A DNA stretch of 64,000 bases from Kiloniellaceae bacterium (GTDB taxonomy: Bacteria > Pseudomonadota > Alphaproteobacteria > Kiloniellales > J153): positions 7,551 to 71,550 of the forward strand of contig JAJFGO010000055.1 of the NCBI GenBank assembly GCA_021776095.1, given 5' to 3'. This document shows, piece after piece, positions 39,667 to 49,810 of this stretch (the first letter of the stretch is position 1; each line of letters begins with the position of its first letter). Both the position numbers and the translations under genes were made by a program. The notes beneath the pieces are model-generated. The model had not been told where the DNA came from. It ran no database searches and saw nothing but the letters and a program-made list of their open reading frames with translations.

Positions 39667-39811
39667 TGGGGGTCACCTCTTGCTCTCTCAACAGCATTCA
39701 AGCTGACTGATTCTGCGAGGCATGAGCGTGTCAAGGATGTGACAAAGATGAGTTAAGGCTAACGAAAATTAACCACGTTTTGGGCCGTTCTAGGCCCTCG
39801 GCGCCGCAGGA

Positions 39812-40333
39812 TTATTGCGATCCTCGGGCGCGCCGCCAATCCCAGGGCGCCTCGAAGACACCACGCCACATGCCGCGCCGAGCGGCCTGCGCGGCCGCCT
39901 CTTCCGCCACATAGGTATCGCCCACTTGGCGATCCGCCAGGGCCCAACCCTGGGCAACCAGCCAGGCCCCGACATCGTGCTGGCCGACCCCGGCCAGATA
40001 GCACGTGGCCCGCAGCCCCGCGGCATCGGCGGGGCCCTCCGGCACGCAGGTCACCCAGTGCCGCCCGATCCGGTTGAGCAAGGCCCAACGGGCCTCCATG
40101 CCGCAATTCCAGACGGCCACCCCCGTGCCGCAGGTCTGCCCATCCTCCAACGCGTCGATATGCGAAAGCTCGACCCGGTTTCCGGCGAAATCCAGGGTAT
40201 CGCCATCGACGACCTTGGGCTGGCCGACCAGGTGATCGTCGCGCGCCTGGGCCGCCAAGCCGTCGAAGAATGCCATAGCGAGCAGGACAAGGGCCGTTAA
40301 TCCGGCCCGGGTGGGGATGTTAAGTTGACTCAT
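39812..40333 (-). CDS. Secreted thermonuclease (SNase)-family protein
   Basis: Start at MSQLN. Signal peptide, VVDGDTLDF..., ARRGMWRG. Confidence 0.8.
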   Translation of the reverse strand: MSQLNIPTRAGLTALVLLAMAFFDGLAAQARDDHLVGQPKVVDGDTLDFAGNRVELSHIDALEDGQTCGTGVAVWNCGMEARWALLNRIGRHWVTCVPEGPADAAGLRATCYLAGVGQHDVGAWLVAQGWALADRQVGDTYVAEEAAAQAARRGMWRGVFEAPWDWRRARGSQ

Positions 40334-40432
40334 GGCCGTATCAGTATACGACGACCCTGGCACGCGGTACGAAAATTAGGTAAATCTGCAAGATCGTTGC
40401 ATTGCAAGACTGTCTCGAGGAAGGAGCCATCG

Positions 40433-40816
40433 ATGAATCGCAAAGTCGTAAACCTGGGCCTGGCCCTATTCGCCGCCACCGTTCTGGCGAGTGGGCCAGC
40501 TTTCGCCGATGGCGACGCGGCCAAGGGCAAGAAGGTCTTCAACAAGTGTAAGGCCTGCCATGCCCTAGAAGCGGGTAAGAACAAGATCGGCCCATCGCTG
40601 CACGGCGTCATGGGCCGCGCCGCCGGTGCCGTCGAAGGCTTCAAGTATTCGAAGGCCATGATGGAATCCGGCCTCACTTGGGACGAAGAAACCTTGGCGA
40701 ATTACCTGGAAAAGCCCAAGAAGGTAGTCCCGGGCACGAAGATGGCCTTTGCCGGCCTAAAGAAGGAAAAGCAGCGGGACGACGTCATCGCCTATATCAA
40801 GGAAAATGCCATGTAG
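40433..40816 (+). CDS. Class I c-type cytochrome (c2/c550-like)
   Basis: Start at MNRKV after AAGGAG. Signal peptide, CKACH heme site, GTKMAF Met ligand. Confidence 0.9.
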   Translation: MNRKVVNLGLALFAATVLASGPAFADGDAAKGKKVFNKCKACHALEAGKNKIGPSLHGVMGRAAGAVEGFKYSKAMMESGLTWDEETLANYLEKPKKVVPGTKMAFAGLKKEKQRDDVIAYIKENAM

Positions 40817-40943
40817 GGCTCAAGGCCCTTCGTCAAGCCTTGGCCGCATCGGACCGATGCCGCGGCCACGCGCCGGCGACCAATTCTTACCCTCTCTTAA
40901 CTGCGGCGAGGTTAGGCTCCACCCTTGGTAAGGAGCCTGGTCA

Positions 40944-41285
40944 ATGCCGTTTGTCGTCCGCGACCAATCCGGACAAATCGCCGAGGTCCACCACGCCCGC
41001 AGCCAGCGCGCGCAGGAGGAGCTAACGCCGCAGGATCCGGACCTGCAGCAGTTTCTGGTGACGGCGGGCGGCAGCCGCGTCCGGGACGCGCTGAGCGACT
41101 CCGATCACGGACTAATCCGCGTCCTCGAGGACGTGATCTCGGTGCTGATCGACAAGCGCATCATAGCCCTGACCGACCTACCTGCCGCGGCCCAAGAAAA
41201 ACTGGCGCTCCGCTATAGCCTGCGTAGTCGGCTCGCAGACCTTCGCGGCATTGTTGGCGATTCGGACGAATTGCAATTGCCCTGA
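40944..41285 (+). CDS. Hypothetical protein
   Basis: 113-aa ORF with plausible composition. No motif recognised. Confidence 0.45.
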   Translation: MPFVVRDQSGQIAEVHHARSQRAQEELTPQDPDLQQFLVTAGGSRVRDALSDSDHGLIRVLEDVISVLIDKRIIALTDLPAAAQEKLALRYSLRSRLADLRGIVGDSDELQLP

Positions 41286-41392
41286 GCCTGCCAGGCGGTC
41301 TTTTCAAACGACGAAAGCTACAATTGCACGACCTGATACTGCACAATCTTGCCGGCAAGCACATAATATTGTATGAGCCTTGACCTCGTACC

Positions 41393-42085
41393 GTGCCATA
41401 CGCATCGCCAAGGAATGCCCAGTTGCCCGATGCCCCGAAGCCCGGCCCGCGCCTGCAGGAGCCAAAGCCGCGGGTCGTGCAGTACGACAATCGGCGGTTT
41501 TCGATCCGGCTGGAGCCAATTTTCTGGCAACAGCTGGAGCGTCAGGCCGCGCGCAAGAACCTGCGCCTGGGCAAATACGTCGGCGAGCTGGCGGGGGCAT
41601 TCACGGGCAAGAATTTCTCGTCCTACCTGCGCGTCCTGTGCATGCTGGACAGCGAGCATGACCTGGCGCGGGCAAGCCTAACGTCTGGCCGCACAAGCAT
41701 CCTCGATCTGGTGCTGACCGCCTTCACGCCGGGGCTTCTGATCTCGCGCTACCGCACGATCATCGCCTACAACGCGGCCTTTCTGGCTTGGCTGGGCCGC
41801 GACCGCCGGCCAGCCGCGGGGAGCGAACTGACTTCGGTGGTTCAGTTGCGGACACGACGGCCCTTGAACGACATCTGGCTTGACCTGATCGCGGGGACGA
41901 TCGTATCGGCCGAGGTCAACATCCTGCACGTCGTGCCGGGGCGCGTGCTGGCGGCCCCAGCCCGCTTTGTCGCCGCGCCGGCCCGTGGCGAAGGCGAGTT
42001 CTATGCGGTTCTATGGATTTCGACCAATCCTCGCCCGACCGGCGAGTTGGCGGCGCGGCAGCCACCGCGAATTCAAGCTTCGTAA
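41393..42085 (+). CDS. Ribbon-helix-helix (RHH_4-like) domain protein with uncharacterised C-terminal domain
   Basis: RRFSIRLEPIFWQQLERQAARKNLRLGKYV resembles the aryl-sulfate-associated RHH domain. GTG start uncertain. Confidence 0.5.
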   Translation: MPYASPRNAQLPDAPKPGPRLQEPKPRVVQYDNRRFSIRLEPIFWQQLERQAARKNLRLGKYVGELAGAFTGKNFSSYLRVLCMLDSEHDLARASLTSGRTSILDLVLTAFTPGLLISRYRTIIAYNAAFLAWLGRDRRPAAGSELTSVVQLRTRRPLNDIWLDLIAGTIVSAEVNILHVVPGRVLAAPARFVAAPARGEGEFYAVLWISTNPRPTGELAARQPPRIQAS

Positions 42086-42095
42086 GAGCTAAGGT

Positions 42096-42551
42096 TCAGC
42101 CGCCGTTCGGGTCGTCAAGGATCAAGAGATCGACTGGGCTATAAACGGTCAGGCCGCTTTCGAAGTTGTAATAGTGCAGGCCAGCCACTTCCATACCGCC
42201 AGCGGTCACGTGCGCCGGCGCGATCCCGGCCTCGGTCACCAATTCGCTGGATAGCAGATTGATCGGCAGGTTATCGGCGGCAACCAGCACAACCTCGCCC
42301 GCGTCGTCGGGCAGCAAATCGTCTAGGGTCAAGGAAACGAGTTGATCGGCGATCTCCGACGGCCCGGAAGTCCCGCCGAAAAGAGCCTCGTCCAAGGCCG
42401 CCTGGTCGATCAGCATAGCCTGAGGCCCGTCCTGAAACACCTGAGCGTCCAAGAGGGCAGACTCGCTCTCAGCGCCGATCCGGGACGCAGGACCGGGACT
42501 TGGGAGGCCGGTTTTGTCTAGCGATTTCGCCATTATGTCGCACTGTTTCAA
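42096..42551 (-). CDS. Acidic hypothetical protein
   Basis: 151-aa ORF (or 145 aa from MAKSLD at 42533), Asp/Glu/Leu-rich, with no signal peptide seen. Confidence 0.4.
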   Translation of the reverse strand: MKQCDIMAKSLDKTGLPSPGPASRIGAESESALLDAQVFQDGPQAMLIDQAALDEALFGGTSGPSEIADQLVSLTLDDLLPDDAGEVVLVAADNLPINLLSSELVTEAGIAPAHVTAGGMEVAGLHYYNFESGLTVYSPVDLLILDDPNGG

Positions 42552-42723
42552 TTCGCCCTTGAAGGCGTATTCTTACTCGCTCGATAGTAGTATATCGAAT
42601 CACACCCAGCCAATTCGCGCAAGTTAAATTAGTTTCAATACGTTAACCATGAAATGGCCGCATGGTCGGCACGGACTGGGCACCACCCGGGCGGGCCGAG
42701 GTGCGGCTGAAGGGCCCGCAAGC

Positions 42724-42754
42724 CAAAAAGCCCAGCCTATTTCTAGGCTGGGCT
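42724..42754 (-). terminator. Intrinsic terminator downstream of the TolC-family gene
   Basis: Minus strand: AGCCCAGCC-TAGAAATA-GGCTGGGCT followed by TTTTT. Confidence 0.7.
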
Positions 42755-42789
42755 TCGCTTGGTGGGTTTCGACTGTCGCCAGACGCGGT

Positions 42790-44181
42790 TTACTGACCGG
42801 CCGGGCTGAGGCCCCCTAGCCAGGACTGGTGATTGACCGCTGCCTGCTCTGGGGCTCGGACGTTGAGGGTGTCCAGCAACAAGCCGCCGACTGCGAGAAT
42901 TCGGTAGGAGGCCAGAAGCTCATTGGTCTGCGCGGTTACCAGCAGGCCACTGGAAACGAATAGTTCGTTCTCCGAGTCGAGCACATCGAGCAGTGTACGC
43001 TGCGCGACCTCGAACTGTTGGCGATAGGCATCGCGCGTTTCCATGTTGAACTGCACCGCGTCGGACAGGTCTTCGACCCGCTGCCTATTCGCCTCGAAGG
43101 CAAACCAAGACTGGCGCATCTCGCGCTGCGCCTCAAGGTAGGAGCGCATGCGTCGGTTCTTGTTCTCGGCCACACGCGACAAGGCCTCCTGACGCGCCGC
43201 CCGATCAATGCCGCCACGGAACAGGTTCCACCGCAAACGCAGCATCACCTGATTGTTGAACTCATAGGTTTGGATGCCATCGCGGCCGTCGTTGTATTCG
43301 GATTCGGCCTCCAAGCTAACGGCGGGATAGAACGGCGCCTCGGCCAGGGTGACCTCCGCCTTCGAGGTGCGCACGTCGGCTTCGAAGATCTTGATGGTCG
43401 GATTGTTGGTGCCGGCCAAGGCGACCGCCGTTTCCAGATCCGGCGGCAGGACGCCTTGCGGGAACTCGACCGGCTCTAGACCGTCCGGGAACTGTCCAAC
43501 AATGCGCGTGAAGGTAGCTTCGCTGTCGCGCAGGTCATTCAAGCTCTGGGTCAAGGTCGAGCGGGCCCGCGCCGTGCGGGCCTCGGTCTGCACCACGTCG
43601 GCGCGGCTGCCGCCGCCGCCGGACTGGCGCTGGCGCACCGCGTCGAGAATCGTCAGATGAACGTCGAGATTGATTTCCGCCAATCGAACGAGTTCACGCT
43701 GGCGAACGACTTCCAGATAGGTGCCGACCGCGTCGAGGGCCAGGAACTCTGAATTCTCCTCAACCCGGCGGGCCGCCGATTCGACCCGTGATTTTTCTCG
43801 CTCGATCGTGCTGTTGGCTTCGAAGCCATCGAAAATCCGCTGCTGCAAAGTTACCGAGGCCTCTTGCCGGGTTAATGTCAGCGGATCCCGGTTGTTGACA
43901 TCGGCCCGGGTTGTCCGGTCGTTGGTCCGCTCCTTGCCGATCCCCGCGGCGGCATCGATCTGAGGCAGCCACAAGCCACGGGCCTGTCTCAGCTCTTCGT
44001 CGACCGCTTCACGGTTGCTGGCGACGATACCGATGTCGGGATTAGTCGACACCGCATGGTCGACCGCTTCCGTCAGCGACAGGGCCTGGGCCGCGTAGGC
44101 CCCAGGAAACGCAAATACCGTTGCAAGTAATACTGCCCTAAAGCAGCGCGTCGCCTGAACCTTGGCTAAGCGTGATCGCAT
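42790..44181 (-). CDS. TolC-family type I secretion outer-membrane protein
   Basis: 463 aa. Signal peptide, LSLTEAVDHAVSTNPDI start and duplicated OEP repeats. Confidence 0.9.
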   Translation of the reverse strand: MRSRLAKVQATRCFRAVLLATVFAFPGAYAAQALSLTEAVDHAVSTNPDIGIVASNREAVDEELRQARGLWLPQIDAAAGIGKERTNDRTTRADVNNRDPLTLTRQEASVTLQQRIFDGFEANSTIEREKSRVESAARRVEENSEFLALDAVGTYLEVVRQRELVRLAEINLDVHLTILDAVRQRQSGGGGSRADVVQTEARTARARSTLTQSLNDLRDSEATFTRIVGQFPDGLEPVEFPQGVLPPDLETAVALAGTNNPTIKIFEADVRTSKAEVTLAEAPFYPAVSLEAESEYNDGRDGIQTYEFNNQVMLRLRWNLFRGGIDRAARQEALSRVAENKNRRMRSYLEAQREMRQSWFAFEANRQRVEDLSDAVQFNMETRDAYRQQFEVAQRTLLDVLDSENELFVSSGLLVTAQTNELLASYRILAVGGLLLDTLNVRAPEQAAVNHQSWLGGLSPAGQ

Positions 44182-44642
44182 TCCCCCACCCCTCCGTTCG
44201 GATATCGCCCCACTCTAAGGGCATGTGTTTAAGGCGAATCAACAGATTAACAAAGGTTATTACGCCGCCGGGGCGTACTTTGTCAACGCGTTCCATAACG
44301 TGTGGCTTACGCGTAGATAGCGAATATCAGGTTAACCGGACCCGGGAATCTATCAATCGACGGACAGGCCAAAGCATCGACTAGACAAGCGCTGTCCTGG
44401 GCAACTATCAATGCTAAACGGTGAAATTAACTTTTTCCGAAGGCTACTCGTATAATCGTTATTCTTGATGGTACTGTGATAATTCACGATATTCGGGCGG
44501 GTCACCATCTACGGAAGGGCCGGAACGTGTCCGGTGCCGGGCCGAGGCACTAGCCGCGGCCCGCAATGCAATGCCAGCCATCCTAAAATTTTAGGGGCGG
44601 GAGCGAGGCGGGCGGATAAACAAGAATGACAGTTCACGTGGC

Positions 44643-47405
44643 ATGACGGCCGGAAACAGCAAATCCGACATGATCGCAGCGCTTGCCCGCCGCGAAACGG
44701 AGCGCCGGGGCGAAGCGCCGTCTGGCGCCGCCCCGAGCGAACCAAACGCGCGCCCTGACCAGGATTCCGAGACCCAATCCGGCGCCGACGCCCCCGGCGC
44801 GGCGCGGCGCAGCCATCCGACGCACCGGCTGATCCAAGCCCTGGCCGCCGCATCGCGCCCGGCCGAGGCGCCCGAAGGGGCCGAGGAAACGACCGAGTCA
44901 ACGAACCAGACCCCAGCCAAAACGGCATCACAGGTTCCCACCCTTACCCCCGCCCAAGGTGCAGCCGGTACCGCCGGTGCGAAAGCGCCCGCCCCGCGGG
45001 ATCCTGCCCCCAAGGCCCCGGTGCCCCGCCCCAAGGACCCGAGCGCGGGTCCAGGGACCGAATCGGGAACCGCCAGCCGGCCGACCTCCACCGACCGCCC
45101 CCAGCCCGCCGCGCAGGCAAGTGCCGCCGCCCGGCCAGGGCCGACGGGCCCGGCGCCTGCCGCGGCCCGGAATGCGCCCCCCGCCCCGGCTGCCCCGGCC
45201 GCAAACGCTGGCGCAGGCGGCGCAATCGCCCCGGAAGACGTGCTCGAAGAAAAGGCAGACTGGCGCGTCGCGCCTTCGGCAATCGATTTCATAGACCCCT
45301 TGTTGTCGTCGCTGACCACGCTGGCGGCAATTTTGGAGCGGCCAATCTCAGCCGAAGCACTGAAGGCGGGGCTGCCTCACGGCGCCGAGCACTTCACGCC
45401 GGAGCTGGCGGTACGCGCGGCCGAGCGCGCGGGCCTGAGCGCGCGGGTGACGCGCCGGCCCCACCTATCCCAAATTCTGCCGGTCACCCTGCCTTGTATT
45501 CTGATCCTGAAGGGCCAGAACGCCTGCGTCCTGCTGAAATATCCGAAAGCCGGCATGGCGGAGGTGCTGATTCCCGAAGGGGGAACGGCTGAGAAGACGG
45601 TGCCGATCAAGGACCTGGAAGAGCAGTACACCGGCTACGCCATCTTTGTCAGGCCTGAGTACAAGTTCGATCAGCGCGCCTCGGACATTCGCCTGAGCCA
45701 GCCGCGGGCCTGGTTTTGGGGCACACTGGCCAAGTTCTGGCCGATTTACAGCCATGTCTTGATGGCCTCGATTCTGATCAACCTCTTCGCGATCGCCAGT
45801 CCGCTGTTCATCATGAACGTCTACGACCGTGTGGTGCCCAACAACGCCTTGGAGACCCTGTGGGTCCTCGCCTTGGGCGTGGTCACTGTCTTCGTGTTCG
45901 AATTCATCATGCGCAATCTGCGCACCTATTTCGTCGATGTCGCAGGCAAGAACGCCGACGTCATCATCGCCAGCCGGCTGCTGCAGCAACTCATGTCCAT
46001 GAAGCTGGCGAGCAAGGGCCCTTCGACCGGCGCCATGGCGAACAACCTGCGCGAGTTCGAATCCCTGCGCGAGTTCTTCACCTCCGGCACGCTGGTCGCC
46101 TTGGTGGACCTGCCATTTATTTTCCTTTTCGTGGCCGTGATCTACCTGGTCGCAGGCCCGGTCGCCTTCATACCCTTGGCGGCAGTCCCGATCGTCATTT
46201 TCGTCGGCGTGATCATGCAGTTTCCGCTGCGCAATGTGATCGAGAAGACACACCGCGAGCAGAGTCAGAAGCATGCGCTTCTGGTCGAAACCATTGACGG
46301 GCTGGAGACCATCAAGGCTGCCGCGGCCGAGGGCCGTGTGCAACGAAGCTGGGAACGTTTCGTCGGCCTGACCGCCGAGTCCTCCGGCAAGGCGCGCTTT
46401 CTTTCCGGTCTGGCGACCACCTTCGCGCAAGTCTCTATCCAGCTCTGCACCGTGGTGGTCGTCGTCTACGGCGTGCACCTGATTGCCGCCGGCGATATCA
46501 CCATGGGCGCCTTGGTGGCGGCGACCATACTGGCCGGCCGATCACTGGCTCCGCTCGGCTCGGTCGCGACCATGCTAACCCGCCTGCAGCAATCGCGGGT
46601 CGCACTGCGGTCTCTCGATGCGATCATGAAATCTCCGGTGGAGCGGCCTGAGGGCAAGACCTTCCTGCACCGGCCCCGTCTGAGCGGCGAGATCGACGTC
46701 AACGATGTCGGCTTCAGCTACCCCGCTCAGGAAGCCAAGGCCCTGGACGGCGTGTCGTTCCAGATCAAGCCGGGCGAGCGGGTTGGCGTCTTAGGCCGCA
46801 TCGGCTCCGGCAAGAGCACCATCGCCCGTTTGCTGATCGGCCTCTACGAGCCGGCCGAAGGTGCCATCCTGGCGGACGGAACCGACATCCGGCAGATCGA
46901 CCCCGCCGATCTGCGACGCAATGTCGGCTATGTCTCGCAAGATAACTATCTCTTCTTCGGCACGGTGCGCGACAATATCGCCTTTGGCGCCCCCCATCTG
47001 GACGACCAGACGATCATGCGCGCGGCGGAGGTCGCCGGAGTCACGGAGTTCGTTCGCACCCACCCGCTGGGCCTCGATCTGCAGGTCGGGGAACGGGGTA
47101 TGAGCCTGTCGGGCGGACAGCGCCAATCGATCGTGATCGCGCGCGCCTTGCTGCTCGACCCGCCGATCATCGTGCTCGACGAGCCGACCAGCAACATGGA
47201 CAACTCTTCCGAGGCCGCCTTCAAGCGGCGCATGGGCGCAATCCTGGAAGACAAGACCCTGGTGCTGATCACCCATCGAAGCTCGCTCCTGACCCTGGTC
47301 GACCGCCTGATCATCATCGATGGCGGCAAGGTGGTCGCGGACGGCCCGAAAGAGCAGGTGTTGGCCGCCCTGAAACAAGGCCAGATCCGGTCGAACCGGA
47401 ACTGA
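44643..47405 (+). CDS. Type I secretion ABC transporter (C39-like domain + TMD + NBD) with ~200-aa Pro/Ala-rich N-terminal extension
   Basis: C39-like IDFIDPLLSSLTTLAAILERPISAEAL (no Cys). Six TM segments. Walker A GRIGSGKST, LSGGQRQ, Walker B IIVLDEPTS. An alternative in-frame GTG at 45240 would remove the extension. Confidence 0.85.
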   Translation: MTAGNSKSDMIAALARRETERRGEAPSGAAPSEPNARPDQDSETQSGADAPGAARRSHPTHRLIQALAAASRPAEAPEGAEETTESTNQTPAKTASQVPTLTPAQGAAGTAGAKAPAPRDPAPKAPVPRPKDPSAGPGTESGTASRPTSTDRPQPAAQASAAARPGPTGPAPAAARNAPPAPAAPAANAGAGGAIAPEDVLEEKADWRVAPSAIDFIDPLLSSLTTLAAILERPISAEALKAGLPHGAEHFTPELAVRAAERAGLSARVTRRPHLSQILPVTLPCILILKGQNACVLLKYPKAGMAEVLIPEGGTAEKTVPIKDLEEQYTGYAIFVRPEYKFDQRASDIRLSQPRAWFWGTLAKFWPIYSHVLMASILINLFAIASPLFIMNVYDRVVPNNALETLWVLALGVVTVFVFEFIMRNLRTYFVDVAGKNADVIIASRLLQQLMSMKLASKGPSTGAMANNLREFESLREFFTSGTLVALVDLPFIFLFVAVIYLVAGPVAFIPLAAVPIVIFVGVIMQFPLRNVIEKTHREQSQKHALLVETIDGLETIKAAAAEGRVQRSWERFVGLTAESSGKARFLSGLATTFAQVSIQLCTVVVVVYGVHLIAAGDITMGALVAATILAGRSLAPLGSVATMLTRLQQSRVALRSLDAIMKSPVERPEGKTFLHRPRLSGEIDVNDVGFSYPAQEAKALDGVSFQIKPGERVGVLGRIGSGKSTIARLLIGLYEPAEGAILADGTDIRQIDPADLRRNVGYVSQDNYLFFGTVRDNIAFGAPHLDDQTIMRAAEVAGVTEFVRTHPLGLDLQVGERGMSLSGGQRQSIVIARALLLDPPIIVLDEPTSNMDNSSEAAFKRRMGAILEDKTLVLITHRSSLLTLVDRLIIIDGGKVVADGPKEQVLAALKQGQIRSNRN

Positions 47406-47418
47406 CCGGGAAAGCGCC

Positions 47419-48738
47419 ATGGTCAGCAACCAGGAAGACCTGCACTTCATGCCCGACGTTCACGCGGCGGCGCGGCGCCGTGGGCACCGCTTCGCCAGTA
47501 TTCTGACGTTCCTGACCTTCCTCTTCATAGGGATCATGGGCGTTTGGGCCCACTACGCGGTCCTGGACGAAGTGACGCGTGGGGAAGGCCGGGTCATTCC
47601 CTCAAGCAAAATCCAAGTCATCCAGAACCTGGAAGGCGGCATCCTGGCCGAAACCCTGGTCCGCGAAGGCGACATCGTTCAGGCGGGCGATATCCTGGTA
47701 CGGATCGACAACACCGCGGCGCAGGCGAGCTTCCGCGACCTGCAGGCCCAACACTACACCCTGCTCGCCACGATCGAACGCCTGGACGCCCAGCAGTCCG
47801 GCCGCGACATGAAGATCGACCAGGACTTGCGCGACAAGGCACCCGCCGCCGTGGCCGACCAGGAATCCTTATTCGATTTTCTCCGGCGCCAATTGACGGC
47901 GCAGATCTCGGTGCTCGAGTCCCAAGCCTTGCAGCGCACACAAGAAATCGCGGAGATGAATAGTAGGACCAAGCAGCTGCGGCGCAGCCTGGCGCTGACG
48001 CGTGAAGAGCGCGCGATCACCGAACCCTTGGTGCGTAACGGCGTCATGCCGCGCGTGGAATTGATTCGAATCGACCGCCAGGTGTCCGACCTGGAGGGCG
48101 AGATCGGAACCATCCGCCTATCGATCCCACGGTTGCAATCCGCGGTCAAAGAGGCCGAGCAGCGGATCGAGGAAGTCCGCCTGAGCGCCAAGAGCGAGAT
48201 CACCAACGAATTGAACCGGGCCCGCGCGGAGCTGCAATCGATTCGCCAAACCATGTTTGCCGGCGCGGATCGGGTCACCCGGACCGAAGTCCGCTCGCCG
48301 GTGCACGGCACCATCAAAGAACTCATGCACACCACGGTCGGCGGCGTGATCCGGCCGGGCGAGGATATTCTGGAAATCGTGCCCTTGGACGACCGGCTTT
48401 TGATCGAGGCCCAGATCCGGCCGACCGATATCGCCTTTCTGCGGCCCCTGCAGAACGCGGTCATCAAGGTCGCGGCCTATGATTTCTCGATCTACGGCGG
48501 GCTCAAGGCCACGGTGGAGCAGATCAGCGCCGATACCATCAAGGACGAACAGGGCGACAGCTTCTACCGGGTCTACCTGCGGACCGATCAGAACACCATT
48601 GTCCACCAGGGCAACGAACTGCCGATCATCCCGGGCATGACCACGACGGTGGAGATCCTGACCGGCAAGAAGTCGGTCCTGGACTATCTCCTCAAGCCGA
48701 TCCTCAAGGCCCGCGATCGCGCCCTAAGGGAACGCTAA
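47419..48738 (+). CDS. HlyD-family type I secretion membrane-fusion protein
   Basis: 439 aa. N-terminal TM segment, long coiled-coil, C-terminal GMTTTVEILTGKKSVLDYLLKP. Confidence 0.9.
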   Translation: MVSNQEDLHFMPDVHAAARRRGHRFASILTFLTFLFIGIMGVWAHYAVLDEVTRGEGRVIPSSKIQVIQNLEGGILAETLVREGDIVQAGDILVRIDNTAAQASFRDLQAQHYTLLATIERLDAQQSGRDMKIDQDLRDKAPAAVADQESLFDFLRRQLTAQISVLESQALQRTQEIAEMNSRTKQLRRSLALTREERAITEPLVRNGVMPRVELIRIDRQVSDLEGEIGTIRLSIPRLQSAVKEAEQRIEEVRLSAKSEITNELNRARAELQSIRQTMFAGADRVTRTEVRSPVHGTIKELMHTTVGGVIRPGEDILEIVPLDDRLLIEAQIRPTDIAFLRPLQNAVIKVAAYDFSIYGGLKATVEQISADTIKDEQGDSFYRVYLRTDQNTIVHQGNELPIIPGMTTTVEILTGKKSVLDYLLKPILKARDRALRER

Positions 48739-48986
48739 GCCCCCCCGGGGCCATCCCACACACCGATCCAAGCGTCGGGGAACCGGCCGGCACGCGGTCG
48801 CCGCCGGTCCAAGGCTCGCGCCGCCGTCGCGCCAGGACCCGGCGACCCTCATGTTATAATGAAGGTCTATTAACCATTGATTTGTTTATATGTTCTATCT
48901 GTGACTAACCATAAGCCGAAATCCTTCCTTCACCAAAACCAGCCACTCTAAGGGGCCCTATCCCGTGCCGGTCAAGCGATCGAATT

Positions 48987-49796
48987 GTGAGCGAATTTCT
49001 GGTGTTGTTTTGGCGCAGCGCATCTGTCGTCTGCACCGCCTTCTTACTGACTTTGGCGGTCGCAGGTGGGCGGGCGGCTCAAGCGCAAACCCTGGGCGAT
49101 CTCGCCCGCGCCAGCCAGAGCGCAACCGGCGCCACGATAAGACCCCAGGCCCTGAACGGCTCCAGTCCAATAACCGGCAACGGCCTATTTGGCACCGCCG
49201 AGTTCGTGTCCGACTCACTCAAGGGTCTGCCGCAGTGGACTCGCGTTCTGGCGGAGATGGGCCGTGAGCGCCCCAAGTTCGACGCCTGCGCACGCGACGT
49301 CTCGCGCTGTACCTCCCCGACCTTGCGTAACTGGCACCATATCATCAACTCGGCGGCCAAGCTCAACCGCGCCGGCAAGATCCGCGCGGTCAATGAGTTC
49401 TTCAATCGCTGGCCCTACAAGGAAGACCGTGAGATTTACGGACGCAGCGAGTATTGGGCGGCGCCGAGCGAGTTCATGGCCCGCTCCGGCGACTGCGAAG
49501 ATTACTCCATCGCGAAGTACTTCGCGCTGCGCCAACTCGGCTTCGGCGAAGACGAATTGCGGGTGGTGATACTGATGGATGAGATTCGCGGTATCGGGCA
49601 CGCCGTTTTGGCGATATACGAAGAGGACAAGATTATTGTTCTCGACAGTTTATCCAATTTGATCCTGCCCCATGATCGCTATAAGCATTACCGGCCGCAG
49701 TACTCGATGAACGAATCGAGGCGCTGGGCCCATGTCGGCGGTTTCCGGAACCAGCCGACGGCACCCTATCGAGGGCTGGCCGCCCGTCAAAATTGA
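48987..49796 (+). CDS. Periplasmic transglutaminase-like cysteine protease (BTLCP, LapG-type)
   Basis: Signal peptide. YWAAPSEFMARSGDCEDYSIAKYFALRQLGF (Cys), GHAVLAIY (His), VLDSL (Asp). Confidence 0.85.
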   Translation: MSEFLVLFWRSASVVCTAFLLTLAVAGGRAAQAQTLGDLARASQSATGATIRPQALNGSSPITGNGLFGTAEFVSDSLKGLPQWTRVLAEMGRERPKFDACARDVSRCTSPTLRNWHHIINSAAKLNRAGKIRAVNEFFNRWPYKEDREIYGRSEYWAAPSEFMARSGDCEDYSIAKYFALRQLGFGEDELRVVILMDEIRGIGHAVLAIYEEDKIIVLDSLSNLILPHDRYKHYRPQYSMNESRRWAHVGGFRNQPTAPYRGLAARQN

Positions 49797-49810
49797 GTCG
49801 GAGAGCGAAG

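Noticed and set aside
44209-44221. Shared 'ccactctaaggg' word upstream of the TolC gene and again at 48942-48955 upstream of the LapG-like gene, considered as a common operator.
   Set aside because: Hundreds of 12-mer coincidences are expected by chance in 64 kb on two strands. There is no palindromic structure or further copies.
44591-45319. 242-aa minus-strand ORF opposite the ABC-transporter N-terminal extension.
   Set aside because: It is low-complexity Ala/Gly/Arg sequence with no start context. The region is open in several frames because of GC content. It remains relevant only as a caution about the true ABC start.
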